Positions 43,067 to 53,546 are shown, counted from the first letter of the stretch. The stretch is DNA of 64,000 nt from an uncultured delta proteobacterium (GCA_963845145.1 CAWJQU010000017.1:32001-96000), one strand, 5' to 3'. A program made the numbers and translations. The notes: generated from the sequence alone by a model not told the origin.

Positions 43067-43432
43067 ATGCCAACCAAAGCAAAAAAGATCGCAGTAGTGG
43101 ATGATAGCAGCTTAAACCGGGACATGGTGGTGGCCGCATTAGGTAGCTTGCCATGGGCGGAAGTCGTCTCTTATGCAGACGGTGAGACAGCATGGAAGGC
43201 CCTTCGAAACGGAAACAGTGCCGATATTGTCCTGACGGATGTCAAGATGCCGCGCATGGATGGGCTCGAGTTGTTACACCGGGTCAAAGCAAAAGATCCG
43301 GACAAACCGTGTATCCTTATGTCGGCAACACCGGTATATAGAAAGGCCGCCCATGATCTGCATGCGGATGGATTTCTGGCAAAACCTTTTGCCTTGGCAG
43401 AGTTGTTTGAGGTAGTAGCGCAGTTTGCTTAA
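43067..43432 (+). CDS. Single-domain response regulator (CheY-like)
   Basis: VVDD, TDVKMPRMDG, LAKPF. Confidence 0.88.
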   Translation: MPTKAKKIAVVDDSSLNRDMVVAALGSLPWAEVVSYADGETAWKALRNGNSADIVLTDVKMPRMDGLELLHRVKAKDPDKPCILMSATPVYRKAAHDLHADGFLAKPFALAELFEVVAQFA

Positions 43433-43485
43433 AATGGACTCAAGGTTCCCGTTTTAGAATCCCTCCTTAGAATAGAATCAGGGGC

Positions 43486-44100
43486 TTACGGATCGACAGC
43501 GGACAAGAACGCTTCTAATTCCTCACCTTTTTCAACACACGCCTCCATTTTGCGTTGCGCCTCCACAAGCGACTGCACAGCAACTATAAATTCAGCACTA
43601 AACGGATCATCTCTTCCCAGTGAGGCGATCATTTTACGAAGCATACGGTCGCCTCGGATCAGAATATCCTTGGTTTCGTCGACCATCTCTTTACGCAGGC
43701 GGTGTTTGGCCAGTTCCCGATTAATGACCGGCATTAGTCGCTTTATGGAGTATTCCACCAGAGCATCACGGGGTGCATTGTATTGCTGGGAGGTTTTATC
43801 CAGATACCGCAAGGTCCGTCGATTGAGGACATAGGTTTTTTGGACGCGAGGCGTATTTTGGAGAATATCGGGATTGAGCCGGCTGGCAATGAGATCCAGG
43901 GTTTCCATATCCTCGATCAGGTGGTCAAAGAGGGATTTCTGTTTTATCCCCAGTTGAACAGCGAGAATACTGATGGTTTCAATGGCTTTCTTGGAGAGAC
44001 GAAAGGTTGCTCGAACCGATTGCTTTCCTCTAAGATCCCGCGAAGATGGGCGGGGCAGGGAGAGGGCACCATCTAAATCAAGCGAATCTTTTTTTTTCAT
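43486..44100 (-). CDS. Hypothetical protein with possible tandem ribbon-helix-helix repeats
   Basis: 204-aa ORF coupled to efp (TAATG overlap); two beta-alpha-alpha-like segments. Confidence 0.6.
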   Translation of the reverse strand: MKKKDSLDLDGALSLPRPSSRDLRGKQSVRATFRLSKKAIETISILAVQLGIKQKSLFDHLIEDMETLDLIASRLNPDILQNTPRVQKTYVLNRRTLRYLDKTSQQYNAPRDALVEYSIKRLMPVINRELAKHRLRKEMVDETKDILIRGDRMLRKMIASLGRDDPFSAEFIVAVQSLVEAQRKMEACVEKGEELEAFLSAVDP

Positions 44101-44663
44101 TACGTTTTAACCCGTTCAACATATTCGCCGCTGCGCGTGTCGATGCGAACCGCCTCACCTTCTTCGATAAATGGGGGTACTTGTAGCTCAAATCCAGTTT
44201 CAAGTGTGGCCGGTTTGGTGTCTCCGGAAGCCGTATCGCCCTTGACCCAAGGATCGGCTTTGGCAATACGAAGATTAACAAAAAAGGGTAGGGTAACACC
44301 AATGGGTCGGCCCTCGAACAACAACACATTACAAGTTGTGTTTTCCTTTAAAAAGTTGATCGCATCGCCTACCTGCTCTTCGTTTAAAAATTCCTGTTCA
44401 TATGATTTGGTATTCATAAAACAATAGTCGGTACCGTCGGAATAGAGATATTCCATCTCTTGTTCTTCCAGGTCGGCTTTATTAAATTTATCTCCGGAAC
44501 GATAGGTCCGATCAAATTGTGAGCCGGTTATCATATTTTTTAGCTTGCACCGGTATAGAGCCTGACCCTTTCCGGGCTTGGAAAACTCAAATTGAACCAG
44601 AGCATGCGGCTCCCCATCAATCTCGATCTTCAATCCTTTCCTTAGGTCGGACGCATCATACAT
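44100..44663 (-). CDS. efp: Elongation factor P
   Basis: KPGKGQA loop, KPATLETG, VPPFI, DTRSGEY. Confidence 0.96.
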   Translation of the reverse strand: MYDASDLRKGLKIEIDGEPHALVQFEFSKPGKGQALYRCKLKNMITGSQFDRTYRSGDKFNKADLEEQEMEYLYSDGTDYCFMNTKSYEQEFLNEEQVGDAINFLKENTTCNVLLFEGRPIGVTLPFFVNLRIAKADPWVKGDTASGDTKPATLETGFELQVPPFIEEGEAVRIDTRSGEYVERVKT

Positions 44664-44969
44664 TTACAGTTAACTCCCTTGATATTATGTTTGAAAAAGA
44701 CGATTCTTTTAAGTTGACATTTTCAAAAGTGTTTAACATAGTTACGTTGTTTTCGCAATTGCATAGTACAGGCTTAAAATGGCGTCAAAGGTCCAATTTC
44801 CGTATGGGGCCACTGAATTTTGCCCTCGAAATATTCACCATATTTCTCCAAAAGTCACTTTCTACGGGCTGCTTGGGTGACATTCAACCGCTGGCCATTT
44901 TGTCCCGTTTTTTGAAGGATATTGTGGCTTGAGCTGTTAATTTGAAACCGGTTCCAAAAGGAAGAGTAA

Positions 44970-46499
44970 ATGATTCTGATTATCGATTTCGGTTCCCAGT
45001 ACAATCAGCTGATTGCACGACGAGTCAGGGAAAACCGCGTATTTTGCCAGGTAGAGCCCCCTAACGTCACAGTGGCTGCCATTAAAAAGCTGAGCCCGGA
45101 TGGTATCATTTTATCCGGAGGTCCGGGAAGTATCTACGAAAAAAACAGCCCCCGCATCGACAAGGCTATTTTTGGCTTGGGTATCCCCATACTGGGGATA
45201 TGCTATGGCTTGCATTATATGGTAGATGCCTTGGGTGGAACCGTTAAAGGGGTAAAAAAGCGGGAGTATGGGTTTGCCGAATTAAGCATTAAGTCAAACG
45301 CACCTCTTTTCAATGATATCCACGGTCAGACGACTTGCTGGATGAGCCACGGTGATACCATCGCCAAACTGCCTCGCGGCTTCAAGATTACCGCCTCCAC
45401 CTCGAGCACGCGAGCGGCGGCCGTTGTTCACCTTAAGAAGAAATTATTCGGGGTTCAGTTTCACCCTGAAGTGGCGCATACCCCCCAGGGAAAACAGATA
45501 CTGCGGCGGTTCCTTTTCGATATTTGTGGATGCAAACGGCGTTGGACCATGAAAAATTTTGCCGAAAAGACACAAAGCGAGATTCGTGAGACTGTGGGGG
45601 ATGACCGGGTTATCCTTGGCTTGAGCGGTGGCGTTGATTCATCGGTTACCGCCATGTTGATTCATAGATCGATCGGAAAGAAGCTGACGTGTATCTTTGT
45701 GGACAATGGCCTTTTAAGACTCAATGAAGGTCGGAAATTAAAAAAAGTATTAAAACAGCATTTGGACATCAATATTCGCTTCGTAAGCGCCAAGCGCCGG
45801 TTTTTGTCTGCTTTGCGAGGTGTGACGGACCCGGAGCGCAAACGCAAGATCATCGGCCGGGTTTTTATGGAAGTGTTTGAGGCGGAAGCAAAAAAGATTC
45901 GCAATGCCGCTTTTCTGGCCCAGGGAACCTTGTATCCGGATGTTATCGAATCCCGCAGCGCTTTTGGCGGCCCGACCTCGGTGATCAAATCCCACCATAA
46001 CGTGGGCGGACTGCCTAAGAAAATGAAATTGAAGCTTGTCGAGCCCCTCCAATATCTGTTCAAGGATGAAGTTCGTAAACTGGGGAAAACGCTTGGCTTG
46101 CCTGATGAATTGATTTGGCGGCAACCCTTTCCGGGCCCGGGGTTGGCCATTCGGGTCATTGGGGAGATAACCGCACCGCGTCTGACGATCTTGAGGCAGG
46201 CTGACGATCTGTTGCTTGAGGAGATCAAAGCGGCTGGATACTATAAGAAATTGTGGCAATCATTTTCCGTTTTGCTGCCCATTAAAAGTGTGGGGGTGAT
46301 GGGTGACAAACGAACGTATGAAAATATTATTGCGATTCGGGCGGTGACCAGTACCGACGCGATGACAGCCGATTGGGCCAAACTTCCCCATAAATTTTTA
46401 GCCACCGTCTCCAATCGGATTATAAATGAGGTCAGCGGCGTCAATCGTGTGGTGTATGATATCAGTTCAAAACCCCCGAGTACCATTGAATGGGAATAA
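44970..46499 (+). CDS. guaA: GMP synthase (glutamine-hydrolysing)
   Basis: DFGSQY, GICYG, QFHPEV, SGGVDS, KSHHNVGG, KPPSTIEWE. Confidence 0.98.
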   Translation: MILIIDFGSQYNQLIARRVRENRVFCQVEPPNVTVAAIKKLSPDGIILSGGPGSIYEKNSPRIDKAIFGLGIPILGICYGLHYMVDALGGTVKGVKKREYGFAELSIKSNAPLFNDIHGQTTCWMSHGDTIAKLPRGFKITASTSSTRAAAVVHLKKKLFGVQFHPEVAHTPQGKQILRRFLFDICGCKRRWTMKNFAEKTQSEIRETVGDDRVILGLSGGVDSSVTAMLIHRSIGKKLTCIFVDNGLLRLNEGRKLKKVLKQHLDINIRFVSAKRRFLSALRGVTDPERKRKIIGRVFMEVFEAEAKKIRNAAFLAQGTLYPDVIESRSAFGGPTSVIKSHHNVGGLPKKMKLKLVEPLQYLFKDEVRKLGKTLGLPDELIWRQPFPGPGLAIRVIGEITAPRLTILRQADDLLLEEIKAAGYYKKLWQSFSVLLPIKSVGVMGDKRTYENIIAIRAVTSTDAMTADWAKLPHKFLATVSNRIINEVSGVNRVVYDISSKPPSTIEWE

Positions 46500-46504
46500 C
46501 GCAT

Positions 46505-47509
46505 ATGGCTGATGAAAAACCAGTGGATGATGGCAACCCCGGCAAATTCACATTAGGACTGGAAAAAGAGGTCGATGAGGCAGCGCCGCCCCCACCGCCG
46601 GAAGCGTATTCAAAAGATCGCCGTCGGATATCAGCCGTTTTTTATGCTCTTCTGGCGATCATCATTGTCGGGATGATTGCCGCCTATTTCGACTTATCTC
46701 GCCGTGTTAATCGATCTCAAAGTGTGGGTACCAATCAGATTGATAACCTTGAAAATCGTTTGTTGACCCTGTTTGACAAATTTACAGTACTGGAAAAGCA
46801 ACTTGATCAAAAGATCACTGCCGACCAGGAGGCCTTTAAAGAAGAGATTGTATCGCAATTGAATAAGGCCAAAGAGGCGGTGTCGACGACAAATAAAAAA
46901 CTGTCGGACAAAGCCAGTCAGTCAGAAATGAACACAGCCATTGCGGCGCTTAAAAAAGAAGTCACCCAGACCGGAACGCAGACCGATGAATCTCTAAAAA
47001 GTATTAACGATTTGAAAAAGCGGTTGGAAGAAATCAAGATACTGAATGCCGGACTCAAAAAATTAGAAACGCGTCTTACCGCTGCTCAGGATAATCTAAC
47101 CGGTGAGATTAACGAGATAACCCTGCAAATAGACCAGTCATCCAAGAACCTGATCGAATTGCGGAGCAAGGCAGACCAGCTAGCCACTGATAAAATAGAT
47201 CGGGAAGGCGCCACCCGTCTGATTAAAAAGCATTTGCAAATGGGCCAACCGGCATCCAAGCAGGTCTCTAAAACCCTTTCCGACCATCAGACCAAAATCG
47301 ATTCTTTAAATAGGCAAATCATCACGCTACAGCAAGACGCCGATATCTATATCAAAGAAATTTTAAAAATAAAAAAACAATTGAAAGCAGGCCCTCCGGC
47401 TGTTTCCGGCCAAAATTCCCAATTGTCCCCCCCACGCGGAGCCTCTATCTCTTCTGCGACACCGGCGGCCAATCCCGGGGATCTGCTTCAGCAAAGCCTC
47501 AAGGAATAG
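46505..47509 (+). CDS. Single-TM coiled-coil hypothetical protein
   Basis: One TM segment after a PPPPP tract, then a long heptad-rich region. Confidence 0.65.
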   Translation: MADEKPVDDGNPGKFTLGLEKEVDEAAPPPPPEAYSKDRRRISAVFYALLAIIIVGMIAAYFDLSRRVNRSQSVGTNQIDNLENRLLTLFDKFTVLEKQLDQKITADQEAFKEEIVSQLNKAKEAVSTTNKKLSDKASQSEMNTAIAALKKEVTQTGTQTDESLKSINDLKKRLEEIKILNAGLKKLETRLTAAQDNLTGEINEITLQIDQSSKNLIELRSKADQLATDKIDREGATRLIKKHLQMGQPASKQVSKTLSDHQTKIDSLNRQIITLQQDADIYIKEILKIKKQLKAGPPAVSGQNSQLSPPRGASISSATPAANPGDLLQQSLKE

Positions 47510-47524
47510 GAAAAATCGGGTATT

Positions 47525-48304
47525 ATGGACAAGGAAGATATATCCCGTCTTTTAAAAGGTGTGGCGGCTGGTAAGATAGGCGTGGAAGCCGCCGAAAAGC
47601 AACTACTCGATCTGCCCTATGAACCATTGGGCTATGCCTGCCTGGATCATCACCGCAGTTTGCGGAAAGGGTTCCCCGAAGTTATTTTTGGACAGGGCAA
47701 AACCGCCGATCAGATTCAGGGGATCATGGAGAAATTGATAGCCCGGGAAAAGGTTGTCCTGGCCACGCGGGTCGATCCGGAAAAGGCGCACCAGGTGCGA
47801 AACGCAATCCCCGATGTGCGATACCATGAAGATGCCCGTATGCTTGTCTGGCAGAGTCGTGAGCCGGTGCCGGCCGGCATCGGTGAGATCCTGGTGATTT
47901 CAGCCGGGACTTCCGATATCCCGGTGGCCAGAGAGGCCCTGCTTACCGCTCGGGCCATGGGCAGCCGGGTGGATTCAATCTTCGATGTTGGGGTCGCAGG
48001 GATTCACCGTCTGCTGGATCATTACAAACGTATTAATCGGGCAGCCGTACTGATTGTGGTGGCCGGCATGGAGGGGGCACTACCCAGCGTGGTGGCCGGG
48101 ATGACCGCCCGCCCGGTGATTGCCGTACCAACCAGTATCGGCTATGGCACCAGCCTGGGCGGGCTCACCGCCCTGTTTGCCATGTTAAACAGTTGCAGCT
48201 CTAACGTGGCCGTGGTTAATATCGACAATGGTTTCGGGGCCGGCTATATGGCGGCCATCATCAATCGTGAATTCAAACCTTCCGACGAGTTCAATCCATC
48301 TTGA
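47525..48304 (+). CDS. larB: Nickel-pincer cofactor biosynthesis protein LarB (PurE-like)
   Basis: DHHR.LRKGFPEVIFG.GK, AGTSD.PVA, DVGVAGIHRL, AGMEGALPS, VVNIDNGFGA. Confidence 0.88.
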   Translation: MDKEDISRLLKGVAAGKIGVEAAEKQLLDLPYEPLGYACLDHHRSLRKGFPEVIFGQGKTADQIQGIMEKLIAREKVVLATRVDPEKAHQVRNAIPDVRYHEDARMLVWQSREPVPAGIGEILVISAGTSDIPVAREALLTARAMGSRVDSIFDVGVAGIHRLLDHYKRINRAAVLIVVAGMEGALPSVVAGMTARPVIAVPTSIGYGTSLGGLTALFAMLNSCSSNVAVVNIDNGFGAGYMAAIINREFKPSDEFNPS

Positions 48305-48370
48305 CTTACCGCTTGTTGATCTTAACATTTACCCTTATCGATTTTTTTTACCCCTAAATCTCTATGGAGA

Positions 48371-49225
48371 ATGAAAATGGCTGAGTTATTCGAAAATGTT
48401 GATGCAGCAAAACAAAAAAGCAACCCTCAGGCCGAACGGGAGGCCAATGTAAACAATACATTGAGTCAGATTAAACATAAATTTATGGTCATGAGTGGAA
48501 AAGGGGGGGTGGGTAAAACAAGCACTTCGGTCAACCTCTCCATCGCCCTGGCTAACCAGGGCTATAAAGTGGGTATTATGGATGTCGATCTGCACGGACC
48601 CGATGTGCCGCGGATGCTGGGCATGAAGGGCATACTCGATCTTAATGCCAATAAAAAACTGATACCCATGGCCTATTCACCCAATCTGGGTGCCGTGTCG
48701 GTAGAATCTCTTACGACCGGTAAAGACGACGCCATTATTTGGCGGGGACCGATCAAGTATTCAGCCATTCAACAATTTATTGCGGATGTGGAATGGGGCG
48801 ACCTTGATTTTCTTATCATTGATTCTCCTCCCGGGACAGGGGATGAGCCTTTGACCGTGGCGCAACTCATCTCCGATGCCAAGGCAATCGTGGTGACGAC
48901 ACCTCAGGAAGTTTCCCTTGCGGATGTGCGCAAATCGATCAGTTTTTGTAAAACCGTTAAAATGGAGATATTCGGAATTATTGAAAACATGAGCGGGTTG
49001 GTTTGTCCCCATTGCGATGAAATGATCGAACTGTTCGGCGCCGGTGGTGGTGAAAAGATGGCGAGTTCCATGAACATTGATTTTCTGGGACGGATTCCCA
49101 TTGATCCAAATATGGTGAAATGCGGTGATGCCGGGGTATCCTATCAGGAAAAATACGGCGATTCACCGGTTTCCCTGGCTTTTAAAACCATTGCTAAAAG
49201 AATGGGGGCCATGATCGGCGCATAA
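48371..49225 (+). CDS. Mrp/ApbC/NBP35 Fe-S carrier ATPase
   Basis: SGKGGVGKT, WRGP, DSPPGTGD, ENMSG..CPHC. Confidence 0.92.
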   Translation: MKMAELFENVDAAKQKSNPQAEREANVNNTLSQIKHKFMVMSGKGGVGKTSTSVNLSIALANQGYKVGIMDVDLHGPDVPRMLGMKGILDLNANKKLIPMAYSPNLGAVSVESLTTGKDDAIIWRGPIKYSAIQQFIADVEWGDLDFLIIDSPPGTGDEPLTVAQLISDAKAIVVTTPQEVSLADVRKSISFCKTVKMEIFGIIENMSGLVCPHCDEMIELFGAGGGEKMASSMNIDFLGRIPIDPNMVKCGDAGVSYQEKYGDSPVSLAFKTIAKRMGAMIGA

Positions 49226-49345
49226 TTTTATCATAAAAGGTCTTAGTCAGATATTCTCATCGTTTATTTTTTTTCTTTACATGGCGAACCGATCACAGTA
49301 TGATAGCGCTTATTTCTCTAAAGATTCGAAAGGTTTTCGGTCGCC

Positions 49346-50707
49346 ATGCCAAACGTGTTCATTCTCGAAAAGGATTCTGAGGCCCGTCGGTTTTTATCTG
49401 ATTCTCTCGCCGATTCTTATGAACTAGAATTTTTTGCTAACGGCACAACAATTAAAGACGTCATTTACAACCGTCATTATGATTTGATCATTATCGATCT
49501 GCCGTCGCAACCGGAACCGTTTAAACTGTTGCGTTGGATCAAATCGGACCTTCCCTATACCCCTGTCATTGTAACAAGCCGTTTGGAACCAACTGATATA
49601 ATAGTTAAAATAATTAAAGAGGGCGCTTCCGACTTTATTACCAAGCCGTATTCAGCGGATCGGGTCAGCCACGCCGTCAGCCATGCGATGGAGGAACGCA
49701 GCCTAAAAAACGAGATTGACTATCTTCGGCGAAACCAAGATGTGATCTATGATTTTGAAAAGGTCGTCGCTGAGAGTCTCAATATGAAACGGGTGATTAA
49801 AACACTGAAAAAGTTCGCCCAAACCGATGCCACGATTATGATGACAGGTGAGACCGGAACGGGTAAAAGTTTTCTGTCGGGGAGTATTCACTTTAACAGT
49901 AAACGTGCCAGACGGCCGTTTGTCAAAATCAACTGTGCCAACATTCCTGAAACCCTTCTTGAAAGTGAACTGTTCGGGCATGAAAAAGGGGCCTTTACCG
50001 GCGCGGACCGTCTTCGCATTGGCCGATTCGAACAGGCAGATGGCGGCACGCTGTTTTTGGATGAAATCGGCGAAATAAGTATGTCCTTACAGGCCAAACT
50101 TCTCCGAATACTGGAAGACAAAGCGTTTGAGCGAGTGGGTGGAAATCGAACCATCAATGTGGATGTGCGTGTTATTGTAGCCACCAACCGCGAACTTGAA
50201 GTGCTGATTGAAGAGGGTAAATTTCGCGAAGATCTATTCTATCGTATCAATATCCTTTCGGTTTCACTTCCCCCCTTGCGGGAGAGAAGAGAATGTATCG
50301 AACCGCTGGCGCAAGCTATGTTGGAAAAAATCTGTCGATCGCTGAAAAAAAAGGTGCAGGGGTACTCCGATACCGTTATGGATCGGATCAAATCTTATGA
50401 CTGGCCGGGAAATATCCGGCAGTTATCCAACGTTATTGAACGGGCCGCCATACTTCAGGATGGCGAGACAGTCCGTATGGATAATATCAGCATTCCCGCG
50501 ATGAAAAAGCCTATTAGTTTGGATCATATCGATCAAAGCCTTTCCCCCACGCAAGCGACGGAAAAAGAGTTGATTTTGAACTCTTTAGAAGAAAATCTAT
50601 GGATCCAGAAAGATGCTGCCGAAAGGCTGGGATTATCCCCGCGGACCCTGAACTACAAAATTAAAAAATATCAAATAACCCATCCCCGTTGGCGTAAAAA
50701 TAAGTAA
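49346..50707 (+). CDS. Sigma54-dependent response regulator (NtrC family)
   Basis: Divergent receiver domain, GETGTGKS, GAFTGA, WPGNIRQL, HTH. Confidence 0.9.
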   Translation: MPNVFILEKDSEARRFLSDSLADSYELEFFANGTTIKDVIYNRHYDLIIIDLPSQPEPFKLLRWIKSDLPYTPVIVTSRLEPTDIIVKIIKEGASDFITKPYSADRVSHAVSHAMEERSLKNEIDYLRRNQDVIYDFEKVVAESLNMKRVIKTLKKFAQTDATIMMTGETGTGKSFLSGSIHFNSKRARRPFVKINCANIPETLLESELFGHEKGAFTGADRLRIGRFEQADGGTLFLDEIGEISMSLQAKLLRILEDKAFERVGGNRTINVDVRVIVATNRELEVLIEEGKFREDLFYRINILSVSLPPLRERRECIEPLAQAMLEKICRSLKKKVQGYSDTVMDRIKSYDWPGNIRQLSNVIERAAILQDGETVRMDNISIPAMKKPISLDHIDQSLSPTQATEKELILNSLEENLWIQKDAAERLGLSPRTLNYKIKKYQITHPRWRKNK

Positions 50708-50851
50708 GACCAAATTACTTAAAGGCTCTTTCTTTTATCCATTCCAAAATCAAGTTGACAATAAAAATCCATTCTTATATTCGACCCCCAATAATATTGG
50801 GCCAGGTATGAAAAGAACGGTTATGCAAGTTTTCATAGGAGGCAGATCAAG

Positions 50852-52198
50852 ATGGATATTTTAGAAACGATCAAAAGAAGAGATCCGGATCAAAAGGAGT
50901 TTCATCAAGCCGTGGAAGAAGTGGTTGCATCCGTCGAGCCGGTATTGGAGCGGTATCCGGAGTTTCGCAAAGCAGCCATTATGGAACGGATCATCGAGCC
51001 GGAAAGGATAATCATGTTTCGGGTGCCTTGGATGGACGATCAGGGACAAATTCATGTCAACCGGGGCTTTCGTATCGAAATGAACAGTGCCATCGGGCCT
51101 TACAAGGGCGGGCTACGGTTTCACCCTTCGGTCACATTGAGCATCCTCAAGTTTTTAGCTTATGAGCAGGTCTTTAAAAATGCTTTGACCACTTTGCCGA
51201 TGGGCGGTGGGAAGGGTGGGTCTGATTTTGATCCTAAAGGAAAATCCGACAACGAAGTGATGCGGTTTTGCCAGGCTTTTATGTCTGAATTATTCCGCCA
51301 CATCGGCCCGGATACCGATGTCCCGGCCGGTGATATCGGTGTTGGTGCGCGTGAGATCGGATTTTTGTTCGGTATGTACAAAAAATTGAGAAATGAATTT
51401 ACCGGTGTTTTGACCGGTAAAAGTTTAGGTTGGGGCGGAAGTTTGATTCGACCGGAAGCCACAGGTTACGGTGCGGTCTATTTTGCCGCTGAGATGCTTG
51501 CTACGCGTAACGATACTCTTGAAGGTAAAAAATGTCTGGTATCCGGCTCTGGAAACGTCGCGCAGTATGCCGTAGAAAAGATTATTGAACTGGGTGGGAA
51601 AGTTCTCACCTTGTCCGATTCTTCCGGATATATTTTTGATGAAGAAGGTATCGATGCGAAAAAATTGGCCTTCGTCCAAAAAATTAAAAACGTTCGTCGC
51701 GGAAGGATCAGAGAGTATTTAGAAACTTACCCTAAGGCTGTTTATACTGAGGCTACCCCTGACCAGGATTCCAACCCCTTGTGGGATCACTCTGCGGACT
51801 GTGCTTTCCCCAGTGCCACTCAAAATGAAATTAATGCCAAAGATGCCCAGCATCTGATGAATAACGGCGTCTCGCTGATTAGCGAAGGGGCCAACATGCC
51901 GTCCACGCCCAATGCCATAGAGATCTTTCAGGATAAAAAAATCCTTTACGCACCCGGAAAAGCAGCCAATGCGGGCGGAGTAGCGGTTTCCGGGCTGGAG
52001 ATGGCCCAGAATAGTATGCGGCTGGCCTGGACCCGGGAAGAAGTGGACAGTCGTTTGAAAACAATCATGAACAGTATTCACACGACCTGTCTGGAAGCCT
52101 CCGAGGATTTTGGTGACAAGGGCAATTATGTGATGGGTGCCAATATTGCCGGATTCGTCAAAGTCGTCAACGCCATGTTGGATCAGGGACTCGTTTAA
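50852..52198 (+). CDS. gdhA: NADP-specific glutamate dehydrogenase
   Basis: GPYKGGLRFHP, GGGKGG, DVPAGDIGVG, RPEATGYG, KAANAGGVA. Confidence 0.96.
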   Translation: MDILETIKRRDPDQKEFHQAVEEVVASVEPVLERYPEFRKAAIMERIIEPERIIMFRVPWMDDQGQIHVNRGFRIEMNSAIGPYKGGLRFHPSVTLSILKFLAYEQVFKNALTTLPMGGGKGGSDFDPKGKSDNEVMRFCQAFMSELFRHIGPDTDVPAGDIGVGAREIGFLFGMYKKLRNEFTGVLTGKSLGWGGSLIRPEATGYGAVYFAAEMLATRNDTLEGKKCLVSGSGNVAQYAVEKIIELGGKVLTLSDSSGYIFDEEGIDAKKLAFVQKIKNVRRGRIREYLETYPKAVYTEATPDQDSNPLWDHSADCAFPSATQNEINAKDAQHLMNNGVSLISEGANMPSTPNAIEIFQDKKILYAPGKAANAGGVAVSGLEMAQNSMRLAWTREEVDSRLKTIMNSIHTTCLEASEDFGDKGNYVMGANIAGFVKVVNAMLDQGLV

Positions 52199-52228
52199 AA
52201 CAGAGCCGTTTCAGAATTTTTCAAACCT

Positions 52229-52268
52229 AAAAGCCAGGACGGATTTTCATATTCGTTCCTGGCTTTTT
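52229..52268. terminator. Bidirectional intrinsic terminator between convergent genes
   Basis: AAAAGCCAGGA...TCCTGGCTTTT. Confidence 0.7.
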
Positions 52269-52301
52269 ATTGGAACCTATCTTTTTGTCCTAGCTTTTAC
52301 G

Positions 52302-53546
52302 CTATAGATTCTCCGCCAGCGCCAGAAGTCTTTTGCTGACACCGAGGTGTAGCTTCGGTTGAATAAAGTCGTGATGATCTTCATCAAATGGAACATAAAC
52401 CAGTAGCGCTTTTTGAGGTGTGATGTTAATCTGATCGAGTTGGGGGAAATAGATCTTGGAAGGTTTGGCAAAACCGGCCAGCACGATTTTAAGCGCCTCG
52501 ACAGCTTCGGTCATGGGGAGATTGGCGGGGATAATATGCCCTTGGGGAAGTGTTTTTTGTTCTTGACCCGTATCGGGTTGCGCCACGGTCATGCGGCGAC
52601 AAAGGGTGATCAACACTTTCGGACGCACTTTAAATGCTGGTACCCAGAAATAAAATGGGCGTTGGGTTTCCTTCTCACTGAATAGGCCGGACAGATTTGC
52701 CACCTGGACAAAATCGGCAATTGATTTAAGTGCTATACCTTCGACATCCGCGCGAATACGCCAAAAGGGAAGGGCTGTTTTATAGGTCCCCATCTTCGTC
52801 AGGTGAACAAATGGAAGCTTGGTAAATCCTCTTTGAGTGGGCTGCCAGGTCGTCTGGCAATTCTTGCACAACAGGACCGATGCATCTTTTTCACCCCCAA
52901 GATCCCAACCGCAGGCCGGACAGATGGCCGGAAGAAAGCGGGCCTCGTTTTCAATCTTTTCTGTTCTATCTAAGGTCGTTGCCAGATCGTCGGGAATGTT
53001 TCGGGTAGCCGGTTGGTTCAGCACGGCATCATATAGTTTGCCAGTAGCATAAAATGGGGCGTACAGCAGACTCACCGTATCGCCGACATAACTCTGGTGG
53101 TGGATCGGTTTGGGTAAAAAGCGGGTCAGGGATTTTCTGAAAAGATCCACCACATCCTTATAGGCTACTTCCGGGGAGATAAAGCGCCCTTGGGATTTTT
53201 TGGTGGCAAATGCAAGTTTACCGACTTGTGGCCTCAACCCGGCTGATACGGGGAAATGGTTGCTCCTAACGGCTTGTTGGCTGGCATCCACAAAACGATG
53301 CTCTATGCGGTCATCGGCCACGCAGGAAAAAAGCATCCCTTTAAAACGCCAGTAAGGAAAATAAATTATTTCGTGGTCTTGAATTGACCCATGAGGCAAA
53401 AGATAGCGAAAATAAACGGGCGGGACCAGATAGGATTTGACCCGGCAATATTGGCAGGAAACAATCCGGTCGGTCTCCGCCAATTCAGCCGGGCCACCGC
53501 ACTGGGGACAGTGATATTCAATGGATAGATTAATATTTTTCTCCAC
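52302..53546 (-). CDS. Zinc-ribbon-containing hypothetical protein (YdjG-like)
   Basis: CPQCG/CQYC and CPACG/CKNC pairs, repeated (Y/L)-P-(Y/F)-W motifs; overlaps the SPFH gene. Confidence 0.7.
   Translation of the reverse strand: MEKNINLSIEYHCPQCGGPAELAETDRIVSCQYCRVKSYLVPPVYFRYLLPHGSIQDHEIIYFPYWRFKGMLFSCVADDRIEHRFVDASQQAVRSNHFPVSAGLRPQVGKLAFATKKSQGRFISPEVAYKDVVDLFRKSLTRFLPKPIHHQSYVGDTVSLLYAPFYATGKLYDAVLNQPATRNIPDDLATTLDRTEKIENEARFLPAICPACGWDLGGEKDASVLLCKNCQTTWQPTQRGFTKLPFVHLTKMGTYKTALPFWRIRADVEGIALKSIADFVQVANLSGLFSEKETQRPFYFWVPAFKVRPKVLITLCRRMTVAQPDTGQEQKTLPQGHIIPANLPMTEAVEALKIVLAGFAKPSKIYFPQLDQINITPQKALLVYVPFDEDHHDFIQPKLHLGVSKRLLALAENL

Noticed and set aside
50755..50781. Sigma70 promoter for gdhA (TTGACA...TATATT)
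   Set aside because: The spacer is only 15 nt, too short to call confidently.
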